From the NCBI GenBank assembly GCA_043228905.1, contig JBHGNT010000011.1, positions 4,464,001 to 4,528,000 on the forward strand: a DNA stretch of 64,000 nucleotides, given 5' to 3'. The position numbers and the translations under genes are program-made. Every line of letters starts with the position of its first letter. The stretch's first letter is position 1. The stretch is from Azolla caroliniana. Taxonomy: Eukaryota > Plantae > Polypodiophyta. The notes under the pieces were generated by a model. That model ran no database searches and was not told the DNA's origin. It saw nothing but the letters and a program-made list of their open reading frames with translations. Below, one piece after another: positions 1 to 11,619 of the stretch.

Positions 1-1357
1 CGGAAGAGAGAAAGAGAGAGACAGGTATAAGGAGAGGGAGAGAGAGAGGGAAAGAGAGAGAGAGAGAGAAAGAGAAAGAGAAAGAGAGAGAGCAAGAGAA
101 AGAGAAAGGGAAAGAGAAAGAGAAAGAGAAAGAGACAGAAACAGAGACAGGGACAGGGACAGAGATAGAGATAGAGATAGGGATAGGGATATGGTAAGAG
201 ACAAAGAAAGAGAGAGAGAGAGGAGGGAGAGAGACGAGAGAGATAGGAGGATTCGAGATTGGGATCGAGACAGAGAGAAAGTGAGGGAGAGAGGGAAAGT
301 TAGGGAGAGACTAAGAGATAAGGATTCTGAAAGAGAGAGACGGTCAGGGAGGGATCGTTTAAGTAGGCATAGGCATTGGGATAGTGTAGAAACAGATCAT
401 GGTAGTAGAGGAAGCCGACATTGGCATCGGTATCCTCATTCCCGGTCACGTTCTAGGACTCCAAGCAATCGTGATCGATCACCATCTCACCGATCAGAAA
501 GGTATCATGGTAGATATCATCGCTCTTCTCAATACTCCAGATCTTCTTCTCATTCACCTGATTTAGATCATGGATCAGAACGTTTTCAAACCCGGGCGGA
601 AAGTAGAGAACTAAGCAAGGATAGTTCTGCCCCAGAAGGGAAGTCGCCAGATATTATTTCTGGGATAAGAGATGGTTCAAAGAAGAAAGCAGTCAGTAGA
701 AAACTCTCGGCTGCAGATGACCAAGGTAACTTCTCTCAGAGGGGGAGCACTAGTGATTATGTATATCCAGCAAATAGGCTTGGCTCAAAGGATGAGAAAC
801 TGCCTGTTGCGGATCTGAACCTTAGTCCAGAAGTTGAGGATAATGAAGAGAATGATATGGCTACGTACCAAGTAGTGACACCTCTCACCAATTTCACACG
901 TGGATCTAATGCTGAAACAGGGGAATGTTCTATTAGTGCTGACAGAATAGTCAGTTATCATGGTTCAATCGACTTGATGTCAGTTGACGAGAGAAATGAT
1001 CATCTTTCACAATGCTTAGCACATGATTCAAAAGAGTCATCCATGTATCGGTTAAGTAATCCTCCGGAGCCCTCGTCTTCATGCCTTCAGTTCTTCCCAT
1101 CAGTGCTTGATCCAATTGTTGGAGCTCCTGATCTCAATCTTGGACTAATAACTAGTGTGAAAGTGGACACAACTGCATCCAGGGACCAAATAGAAATGCC
1201 TTTATATATGCAGCTTCTTGGTTCCGAAAGTAGTCAATGTCCACTTTCGGATGTATACAAGGTCTCCTCCGACCATGCTGATTTATCGTTATCGTTGTCC
1301 CTTCCAGAACATTCCAAGAGGCCAAAAGTCAACACATCGCTCCAGTTATTTGGCTGA
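1..1357 (+). CDS. 3' part (last exon) of a nuclear protein gene, probably AIPP2/PAIPP2-like PHD-finger protein with Arg/Glu- and Arg/Ser-rich region and EAR-like motifs
   Basis: Frame is open from base 2 (GREKERDRYKERE...) to TGA ending at 1357. C-terminus PDLNLGL...DLSLSLSLP...KVNTSLQLFG resembles, from memory, the 'SLSLSLSFP...VNTSLLLFG' tail of plant AIPP2/PAIPP2 proteins. The 5' end lies outside the window. Confidence 0.65.
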   Translation, partial: GREKERDRYKERERERERERERERERERERARERERERERERERDRNRDRDRDRDRDRDRDRDMVRDKERERERRERDERDRRIRDWDRDREKVRERGKVRERLRDKDSERERRSGRDRLSRHRHWDSVETDHGSRGSRHWHRYPHSRSRSRTPSNRDRSPSHRSERYHGRYHRSSQYSRSSSHSPDLDHGSERFQTRAESRELSKDSSAPEGKSPDIISGIRDGSKKKAVSRKLSAADDQGNFSQRGSTSDYVYPANRLGSKDEKLPVADLNLSPEVEDNEENDMATYQVVTPLTNFTRGSNAETGECSISADRIVSYHGSIDLMSVDERNDHLSQCLAHDSKESSMYRLSNPPEPSSSCLQFFPSVLDPIVGAPDLNLGLITSVKVDTTASRDQIEMPLYMQLLGSESSQCPLSDVYKVSSDHADLSLSLSLPEHSKRPKVNTSLQLFG

Positions 1358-1936
1358 TGTAATAATTGCTGTTGTACAGGGATTAACTAATGCAGACTGG
1401 TACAGAACCTACATATGTTTTATGAGAGCTTGATTTGCTGGTGTTAAGGATGGGTCACAAGTCTGCTATATAATTATGTATTTATGTATATCATCTTTCA
1501 TCCTTGATGAAGAATGTGCTGATTATCACTACTTATCCTGCATTATTGTTTCAAATGCAGTATTTTGAGAAACGGGGATAATCTAACTGATGTTATTGGA
1601 TAATCCTCGATGTAGATGTACCTATTATGTATTTGTTCTTTACTGGACATGTTTCAGTATCTTATTTTGCTTTGATCAATCAAGGATGTAAATATGAATG
1701 AACCTTCATAAGCAAAAATTTGAGTCATGTTGCTCAAATGTTGTCAATCTTCATTTTGCTCTGGAGGTAAGAAAAAAAACCTCTAGTAAATTCCCCGTTT
1801 AATGTATGAATTGTCCAAATTAATGGAAAAGATGTAACTGTTTTCAGAGGAATGTAATGTGTTATCAGAAAGAAGCTTTCATTGTGCTCTGGAATTGTTG
1901 AGATCTTTAATGATGAGCTTGAATGCGAAGAGGGGA

Positions 1937-2130
1937 GATTTTCTGTAATCAAAGAAGGTATTTCAAAGAATTTGAACAACAGTGTGCATTGTCTTTTAAT
2001 CATTATAAAACTCGAACTATATAATTGAGCGGGATTTTCTGTAATCAATGAAAGTATTTCGAACAATTTGAAGAACAGTGTGCATTGTATTTTAATCATT
2101 ATAGAACTCTTATGTAATTGGGTGGGATTT
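1937..2130. repeat. Imperfect tandem duplication, about 96-bp unit x2
   Basis: gattttctgtaatcaa...aacagtgtgcattgt.ttttaatcattata occurs at ~1937 and ~2033. Confidence 0.75.
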
Positions 2131-2869
2131 ATCTACTATGGTTTTGGCCCCTACACCCTACGGAATGACCTACATATAACAAAATATCTCAACTAACAAG
2201 CAGTAATTCGATATATGTATGCGATGCTGATGTTAAATACATGTTGCCTAGTGTGTATATGCATGAATTTTAGTAGTATTGATGTGAAAATGTGAAGATA
2301 TTAAGTATAATAATAACGTGAAAAACTTATCCCAAGCATGTGGTAATTATCCACATTAATGAGGTACTATTGTGGAAGCAAAGGGTGACAAGTGAGAAAG
2401 ATATATTTAAAAAAGAATTAGAAGCTTCAAACAAACTTCATGTCTTTTGGTAAGACACCTGATTTTAAATCTTGTAGAATTGAGTCCAATATTTTACATA
2501 CCTTTACAAACATAGTAGCTTCCATAAAATAAATCTTTCAAATGTTGTATCAATTATTGGAGAGTGATGCTTTTAGGGTCCATGTGATTGAGGATCAAGA
2601 AATGGTGTTGCTTCATAATACTAGAGCGATATAGGAAAGTGACGGTTGTTATGGATAATGGAAGGCAACATTGGTCGGTGAAATTTGAGAAATCTTGGGG
2701 ATTAATGTTGAATTGTTGGAATCAAGTAATTCCCAAAATTCTTAGGATTTATCCATTTGCTTGAATTGATAATATTGAAGATATTCCTTGATATTGAGGA
2801 ATTTACTTACCTCAATGAAGTTATTTGTACAAATATTTGATCAACCCAAAAAAATCCTGAATCAGAAAT

Positions 2870-3328
2870 AAAGATAAACTCAATATTTTATTTGAAGTTT
2901 TGATCGTTCGAAATCATTTTATTTGAAGTTTTGGATATTTGCAAATCCTACAAAATCCAAACATTATATTGAAAAATAATAGAATCTAACTTTGTTTTCT
3001 CAAATTGCAAAAAGAGGGCAAAATGTTATCTAGGTGTTAGAATGAAGTGGTATGTGAACCAAGGTTATCTACAAACCTAATTGTGCCTAACAACAAAGAT
3101 AAACTCCATATTTTATTTGAAGTTTGATAGTTCCAAATCATTTCATTTGAAGTTTTGGATATTTTCAAATCCTACAAAATCCAAAAATTATTTCGAAAAA
3201 TAATAGAATCCAACTTTGTTTTCTATAATTGCAAAAAAGAGGGCAAAAGGTTATCTAGGTGTTAGAATGAAGTGGTATGTGAACCAAGGTTATCTACAAA
3301 CCTAATTGTGCCTAACAACAAAGATAAA
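2870..3328. repeat. Imperfect tandem duplication, about 225-230-bp unit x2
   Basis: aaagataaact...ttatctaggtgttagaatgaagtggtatgtgaaccaaggttatctacaaacctaattgtgcctaacaac is repeated at ~2870 and ~3095. Confidence 0.85.
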
Positions 3329-4834
3329 CCTATTAACAAAGCTTACCCACAACGCCTATTGAGCCTAACAATGAAGCCGAACGATTAAGCCAACTGTACC
3401 TAACAACAAATCCTATCTACCAATGAAACCTACATATGAGCCCATTTAAACCTACACATGAAGCCAAATCAAAATACTTTTAAAGCCTACGTACAAATAA
3501 ACTTGAGACTACATATGAAGACACTTCCTAGCTTGTCCACAAAGCCTAATTGGGTGAAAGCATGGGAATGGGAACAATGAATTGAGTCCTTCACATAACT
3601 TACTAGCTATACAAAAAGCTATATGTAATTTAGTTGTTTGAACTTTATGGTGATTATCCAAATGTGATCTCAAATAAAGGCATAAATAAATGTGTATTAT
3701 AAATAGTAATGATAATATATTAATAATTTCACAAATTTGTTGGTGGATTCAATGCCCTATTATGCATGATCAATCACATTGGCAATGTCAATGGCATTAC
3801 TGCATTCTTGTTTTTCCTATATTATCATTCCTTATATATGCTACCTTCCTACCTTCATTCTTGTTTGTATTTGCCATTATAGCTCCTTTGTGCATTCTTG
3901 TTTGTATCTGCCCATAGTGGTATTGTTGTCGTTGCTCCTCATTGCCTTCACATATAGTATTGCCACCATCGTTCCTTTGGCCTGCTTTTGCACATGGCAT
4001 TGCCGCCATCGCTCCTTATTGCCTACAAGTAGTACTGCTGCCATCCCTCCTTTGTGTATACCTTTGCACATGGTATTGCTGCATTGCTCCTTATCGCCTC
4101 TACAAGTAGTATTGTTTCATCACTACAAACTGATTTTGCACATTATACCATTGTTATTGCTCCTTCATGCGTGCTAGTTCTGCATTTTCCTTTTTAGCGA
4201 TATTGCCACTAGGCAGTCCATTGGATTGCCTTTCCCCCCCTAATGGCTACGTCTATTCCCCTTTTGTATATCTAGTACGAGAACCATTCCTTGTGGCTTG
4301 TCATATGATTTGACGCTCCGGAGTCAACATACCACACCTCGTTCGGTTTCGAGGTGTTCACTACCATCGAGTTGCTTGATATCATTTGTTGATGCACTCT
4401 TTTTCACGGCCAATGTGTGTTACATTCCAGACGCTTAACATCCCCCCAACCTATTGATTGCACACTCCTAGATGCACTGTGGGAGGTGAGCATGGGGCGT
4501 CGGGGGCGAGTAGAACGGAGTACGACGGGGTGAGGAGGGCGTCGAAGTCGGGGATGTCGGCGGAGGAATCAAATGTTGAGGGAGGTAGGCGTATGTCTTG
4601 CATCTGGTCTGTGGTTCTGAAGAAATATTTGTTCTTGTCGGCGAGCCACGTGGAGAGAGGGTGGGGTCCTAGTAAAACTTATATAAGAGAGTGAAGCATA
4701 ATAGAGAAAGGGTGAGAAGAGAGTGAGGGAGAGAAACAAAGCAAGATATAGAGAATGAGAGCGAGAACTTAGAAGGGGAAAAGACAAAAAACACAAAGAA
4801 AGGGAGGGGGAGGGTGGGGGGTATGAAAAAGTAG

Positions 4835-4913
4835 TGTGCAAAACCTAAACACAGATCACAACCTGCTCAACCGGATCGCAACAAAAAACACAGAGAATGG
4901 AATACGCAAAGTA

Positions 4914-4952
<39 letters not shown>

Positions 4953-7188
4953 AGAAAACCATTTAAACCTTAATTCAAAATAAACTCAATACTCTGTATA
5001 CATACAATGTGCTCTATGGCCACTTTTATACAATGTACTCTGTGAGACTAGCAAAAGTATTGATAAGTACTTCAATGCTCGTATCGAGCGACTGACATCG
5101 ACTCTTGAAAGTATGCCTATGTACTAGGCTAGGATCGTAGGCCTCTACTGGCCTACCGGTTACACTCAGATCCGAACACCGATATGACTCTTTGTTCTAG
5201 ACAACGATCTGGCTCTTCGTTTTGGATACCGATCTGGCTCTTGGCTTATTCAGCTGATCTGATCATGTTGAGCTTGCTCGCTCAACACTCCCCCTCAAAC
5301 TCAACTTGAGGTCGGATCGTAGTGTGAGTGTTTGCTGATCCTTCCCTCCAGCTCCTCCTGGTGTCTTCTCGCCTTGCTCATGCTCCTCGTCCCGTCCGGT
5401 TCTGCGCACCTCGACCTTCTTCGTCGACTTGTTTTCTGATAAGGCCCATCTTAGCTCTTTCACTGCTGTGGCTTCGGTGCTTCTCGACCCGTCGGTTCCT
5501 CCATGTCGGTGTCGACTTCTGCTGGCTTCTCGTCCATTTGGTCTTCAGTTGATTCAGCTCCTCTGAATCGAACACCTCTTCCGAATCAGCTACCTCCAAT
5601 TCATTCCAACTCTTGTCCGAATTGGTTGTCTCCAATTTGTCCCCAACCTTTAGGCCCTTTACCACATCAGACCATGTCCGGGTCTTGGCCTTCTTCTTCC
5701 CTCGGCTTTGTCCTTCTTGACTCTGCTGCCGTTATCGCTTGTTCCGACTTTTTTAGATATGCCGACTTCTTCAGTCGACTTTGCTCCCTTTTTCTTCTTG
5801 TCTCCCCTTGTTTCGGTCTTTCCCTCCTTGTCTCCGACTTCTCTGGTTCCTTTACCTGTTCTACCACCGGTTCTCCCCCTCAAGTGCGGCACGTCGAGAT
5901 GCTGTAGCCCAAGCATCTCTGAAAAGTGTTGCAACTTGTCTGATCTGAGTGGCTTGAGGAAGATGTCGGCAACCTGCCGATCAGTTCGAACATACTGGAG
6001 TTCGACTTGACAACTCAGGACCCACTCGCGCACAAAGTGATAATGCACTTCTATGTGCTTTGTCCGAGCATGGAACACAAGGTTTTTGGCCAGCTGCATG
6101 CTACTTATGTGGTTGCAGTAGATGGGGATCGGAGTCGATACTTTGATCCCGAGGTCCTGTAGCAGCCCCTTAAGCCATATGGCTTCATAGGTAGCGACGG
6201 TAGTGCCTCAATGCTCGATAGAGCCACTATCGGTTGTTTCTTACTACTCCACGCAACAACCATGTTACCAAGAGAAAACATGAATCCGGATGTTGATCGA
6301 CAATCCGACACATCACCTGCCTAGTCGGCATCTGTATAACCGACTAATTGTTCGGTCACACCATGTTGGGAAAACAATCCCAGATCTTGAGTTATGCTCA
6401 CATATCGCAGTTGCCAATGCGCACATTGAAGGTGCTTGATAGTTGGTCGCTGCATAAATTGACTTATCACCCCAGGCAGATAGATGATGTCGGGTCGGGT
6501 GATAGTAAGATAGATCATGCTTCTGACAATTTGTTAGAACCGTTTCTCGTTGCCGGCCAGTTCGGAGTCGGGACGTAAGTTCTGATTCCAGTCAAGGGGT
6601 GTTGATTTTGGGTGGCAATCAGTCATGCCGAACTTGTACAACATATTCAACACATAATGTCGTTGAGATACCAATATGTCGTCGGGGGTGTGGATCACTT
6701 CGATCTCGAGGAAGTAGTGAAGGTCCCCTAGGTCCTTCATCTAAAATGTTTCCGACAATTGGGACTTGACTCGACTAATTTCAATGAGATCGGGTCTAGT
6801 GACGACCAAGTTGTCGACATATAGCAAAATGCACACCGGACCTTTCAGACCTTTCTGGATGAACAATGAAGAGTCGAACTTGGAGGCTTCAAACCCCATC
6901 TTACGCAACCAGTGCGTGATCTTCAAGTTCCAAGCACGAGGAGCTTGGTTCAGGCTGTAAATTGACTTCTTGAATCGGCGCATTGCTGACTTGTTCATCT
7001 CCGATTGAAATGCGGGGGGTTGGAGCATATGTACTTGTTCTTCAAGGTATCCTTGAAGAAACACATTCTTCACATCCATTTAGTGGAGATGCCACCCCCT
7101 CGCCGTTGCAACTTCCAACACCACACGAACCGTTCACATCTTCGCTAATGGAGCGAAGGTCTCGTTGTAGTCGATTCCGTGGATCTAT
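4835..7188 (-). mobile_element. Degenerate Ty1/copia 3' half (RT, RNase H, C-terminal extension, PPT, 3' LTR ~4835-5287)
   Basis: Fragmented RT/RH motifs (MDVKNVFLQG, LLYVDNL, GYTDAD, HARTKHIEVHYHFVRE). PPT ttgagggggag abuts LTR start TGTTGAG at 5287. Same family as the elements at 15244 and 61363. Distal LTR end is approximate. Confidence 0.9.
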
Positions 7189-8554
7189 GGGCTGTTCCGG
7201 GCATTAAATTTGGATAAACCGAAAACGATATTCTTTGTCTGCATTTCTCGAAGTCGTGGGAAGTTGATATGGCCGAATCGCTTGTGCCATAACTATCAGT
7301 ACTAAGTAATTGTAGATATTTTTTAAAAAAATCGGAAAAAATTAAAATCTTTTTAGGAATGGGGTGGGGGTAGTACACGTTGCATTAAAGTCAGGGAATG
7401 GGGGGAGACAATTGTTGCTTATTCAGGACTGTTTTGGGGGCTATTTCCCCCTCACTTTTTATTTAGGATGCCATGTTAATTGATTTTGGTGCTTCTCACT
7501 GTCGTCTCCTCTTCCTCCTTCCAACGAGCCCATCTTAGATTCGAAATGTCAGCATCTCATGTATTCGCAACACATTAATGTCCTCATCGTTTTGCTGTTC
7601 TCTGCGTCACTCATCTTCCCCATCTTCTCCTTCCCTCGGTATGTCTTCTCCATCGTCTCCTTCACTCGGTATGACTCTTACATTTCTGTAGCATAAGTTC
7701 TCCAGTGTTGTTCAGAGCTATGATTTATGGCGTAGGTTATTTCAGAATAGTTTTTAGGCTTTAATATTTATAGTTTATCCTTTCGAATGTAAGCTGTAAG
7801 ATTAATTTATGCTGAACAGATTACATCTTCATCTTCATCATGATTATTATTGTCATTATCATCTCCATCTACTTCTTCATCGTTACCATATTACATTGAT
7901 CATACTATTGTTTGTATTATTTCTTGATCTTAATGGAATCATGGTCTTTTGCCTATTCTATCATGCACATGTGGATAACCTCAACACAAATTTTCCAAAG
8001 TTGTGGCAACTTACTATAAAGACTTTTGCATTGCTCTCCTCTCTTCCTAACTCCCATAAAGTCTATGTTTGATTGTTCATTGTTTCTAGCCACAAAACCT
8101 AAAACCTGACTTTTATATTAGCCTAATGTTATGGTCAAACAAGTAATCTAGGTAAGCGTTCTAGAAGAGATAACAACATAGAAATATGAAATTCAAAGTA
8201 TATGATGAAAATGAAAAGTGAGATATATTTTTTTGTGATACTTCAGTTTTATGTTTTAGATTGCCTAAAGTCGTGGTTTTATGGTTTAGATTTGGTTCAT
8301 TTTCGGTTATCCATTTCAAAATAGTCTAACTTAAATGATAGTTGTCTTTCTTAAAAATTAATTGGTTTGGAAAAGGAATATATGAGTGTGGCATAATTGT
8401 ACATGTTTATCCGAAAACCGGTTGATGTTTATGCTATGGTGTATTAAGTATGTTTATTCTACGATGTATTAAGCACTTATTTTGATTAATTAGGTGCTGA
8501 AATAACAAGAAAATCTATTTTGATTAATTAGGTGGGTGCTCATGTAGCAAATCT

Positions 8555-10162
8555 ATGTCTGAGAGGAGTAAGAGACAAGTGGTTCTTCACATAGTCCGTT
8601 ATTTACTAGAAGTAATTGAGAGATTTACCAAGGAGGATCGTAGGCATATTATCTCTAGAGTGTTGCACCATCAACTTTTGAATGAAGACATGGAGAATAT
8701 TAAGTTTAGGGACCAATGTGTTTCAGAGGAGATTGTAGAGTCTATGAAGTCATCCCTACACTTAGCCAAAAGGGGTAGAGAGCATAGATAAGCTTGGTGC
8801 AAAGAGAGCAGCCCTTCACATGGTTGTAAATGGCACAACAACCAAAAAATATAATGATACTACTAAAGTTGCCTTAGCCCTTGGTATTCAAAGAAGGAAC
8901 TTGAGAAAGCATCAGACAAATATACAGTCAAATCAATTTAAGTGGTTGGGGTTAGGCCGTAGACAACGATGTGATACATTGTCTCATGAGATTATTGAGA
9001 AAGTGGATTCTTTTTGGGCAAAAAACACACGTGCCTCACTGAATAAAAAAGATGTATGTAGACAACGTATAAGTCGGGGTAGGTACCAGATTCACCCGAG
9101 ACACTTCTTGGAGATGACTAAGGTACTTCATTTTATTTTATGTATTTGGTTTTAAATATTTCATGTTTACTAAAGGATTCTATTAATGTTACCTATTTCT
9201 TGAGTGATGTAGGCTAAATTGTTCATGAACTTCAAAGACCAACATCCTAGCATCAATCTTGGATTTCGCAAGTTCAAAGGTTTGAAACCATTTTTTGTTA
9301 GAAAGTTAAAAGAGAGGAACACATGTTGTTGTGTGTACCACATTAAAATGGACATGTTAAGGCTTGGCGTGAACATTATGCGTACTAATTCGAAGGGTAT
9401 ACATGGGGATGGGTGTGCTTGCACTTGTGAGGTATGTAGACCAAATGGGAGTGATAATAGATGTAATACGCAAAACATGACTTATGCATCAATTTCTGAG
9501 TTATGGAGGTCTTTTGTTTGTGAAAAACAACCATCATCTGAGTGGCATAAGCGTACATGTCTTCTAAGAACATGCAAGGTTTGCCCACGACCGCTATTTT
9601 GTAGAGAGGAGCTTGATGTGGATAACTGTCATATTGTGAAATGGAAATATTTAGAGTATGTGACAGAAAATATAGGTAAGGGTCTCATTAGTAAGTGCAT
9701 CAAGGAAGTATATAAGGAGACATGTGGTGCTACCCTTGTCTCAAAGTTTAAGAAGCAACTCGGGGAGTTCATTCCACATAACTTTAGGAGTTATTGGCAA
9801 AATTCACACTTCAAGGAATGTATAAATAACTTACCACCAGATGTTATGGTATTTGTTATTGACTTTGCAGAGAACTATACGTTTAAAGTTCAAAATGAGA
9901 TTCATTCAATGCATTGGTACAATGACCAATGTACAATACTTGTACATATTTGCTACTGGAGAGAAGACGGTAAGTTACATAACAAATCAATATTCTACAT
10001 TTTAGATGATAAAAAGCATGATACACTATTTGTTCAACATTGTTTCAAGCTTCACCACACATATTTATTGTCCTTGGGTGTTAACTTTAATTGCCATTGG
10101 GTTTGGTCTGATGGTGTTGCCTCACAATTTAAGGCGTCTCAGTCCTTCTACTTCATTGCAAG
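8555..10162 (+). pseudogene. Sola2-type DDD transposase, spliced and degenerate
   Basis: Motifs TCCCVYH, IDFAENYTFKVQNEIHSMHW, DDKKHD and WSDGVASQFK match the Sola2 signature (DFAENY...SDG..QFK). GT-AG intron ~9123-9212 and donor AG/GTGAGG at ~10163. The exon carrying the third Asp (HGKG..DG) is not in the window. Confidence 0.75.
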
Positions 10163-10369
10163 GTGAGGAAATAATTCATATGTTTGGTACTTATAAATGG
10201 AAGTCTATTTTGGTAATACTCCATAGTACTTTACCTATTGCTTTAGTTTCCTACCAGTACGAATATTCTATGAACACTCATAAAAAATGTTTGTATAAAA
10301 TACAATTAGTAATTCTCCTACTACATGCACCGGTAATGTCTTGAAATATGAATCTGAATTGATTGGCCA

Positions 10370-10920
10370 TTTAGTACTAATTATGGTAATAACCATGTTA
10401 AGTAAACTTAATTGCAAACTTAGTACTGTCCTCCTAGGTGCACAAGTACTATTTAAGGTTCAGGCCTTGTAATGTATCCTTAATTTACAACATAGTATTG
10501 TCCTCTCTGGTGCACATGCACAAGTACTAACTATGGTTTACAACTAAGTACTCAAATCCCACATGCACAAGTACTAATTTATAACTTAGGACTGTCATCC
10601 CGCAAGCATGCGTACTAATTTATAACTCAACATTGTCCTCTCTTGTGCATATAACGTAGTACTATCTTGTTTTGTTCATTAGTACTAATTTATAACTTTG
10701 GACTACCATGAGGCAAGCACGAGCACTAATTTAATACTTAGAATTGTCCTCTCTCATACATTTGTACTATCCCCTCTCGTGCATTAGTACTAATTTCCAA
10801 CTTAGTATTGTCCTCTCTCGTGCATTAATACCAATCAATAACTTAGTACTATCCTCTCTCGTTCATTTGTACTAATCAATAACTTAGTACTGTCCTCTCT
10901 TGTGCATTAGTAATAATTAT
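10370..10920. repeat. Degenerate AGTACT-rich tandem repeat (about 40-45-bp unit)
   Basis: Recurrent ttagtactgtcctctctcgtgcattagtactaat-like units. Confidence 0.7.
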
Positions 10921-10923
10921 GGT

Positions 10924-11015
10924 TGTCATGAATAGTACTAAGACAAAGAGGGAATTAGTACTAAGAGATGAATATTAGTACTAAGAGTAAAAGAAGGTGT
11001 GGAACACTCGAGAGA

Positions 11016-11103
<88 letters not shown>

Positions 11104-11143
11104 TGATGATAGCTCGACCCATGTAACATAAGGTCATGGGTTC
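10924..11143 (-). mobile_element. Internally deleted Tcn1-like gypsy LTR remnant containing a long (GA)n tract
   Basis: Matches the reverse complement of both ends of LTR 50794-51221 (ttagtactattc.tgaca; gaacccatgaccttatg..acatgggtcgagct). (GA)n at ~11018-11098. Confidence 0.75.
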
Positions 11144-11149
11144 CTTACA

Positions 11150-11322
11150 CAGAATGAGGCGACACCAGATATTAACGTGGAAAACCCTAAATGTGGAAAA
11201 ACCACGGGAGCCCACTAGCTCCAACTATCACTATAAGAAGAGGATACCAAGCGAGACTCGGAGGCAACGACGTCGAGCTCTATGTCTTCTCCAACCGGCG
11301 GTTACAACAGAAGAGCTTTCTG

Positions 11323-11362
<40 letters not shown>

Positions 11363-11613
11363 CACCACACAATCATAACAACAACTCTAATAACATATAT
11401 AAAAGATAAGTGGTTTCCCTAAGTCATATTTATACTTATATGACTTTAGGACTATTTACAAATATGGCCTTGATAGGCCCTCTAGAAACATATTTACAAA
11501 TATGTCCCTAGATCCGGTTCACACTGGATTCATCCGGATATTTTCCGGATACATCCGATCCGGTTCGTCCGGTTCTCATTTGGATCCCATTCGGAGGGAC
11601 CGAATTCCCAACA
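11150..11613 (-). mobile_element. Partial copia LTR related to the LTRs at 23928 and 39114
   Basis: Shares acgtggaaaaccctaa..ggaaaaaccacgggagcccac...ggagggaccga.ttcccaaca. Confidence 0.8.
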
Positions 11614-11619
11614 AGAACG

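Larger units (their letters stand above)
7189..10923 (+). mobile_element. Sola2-like DNA transposon, 3'-truncated
   Basis: Copia RT breaks off at 7188 and GGGCTGTTCC begins, a plausible GRG-type Sola2 terminus. Downstream transposase exons are present. No right TIR was found. Confidence 0.6.

Noticed and set aside
3690-4841. Small hydrophobic or low-complexity ORFs as genes
   Set aside because: No recognisable motifs or convincing splice structure
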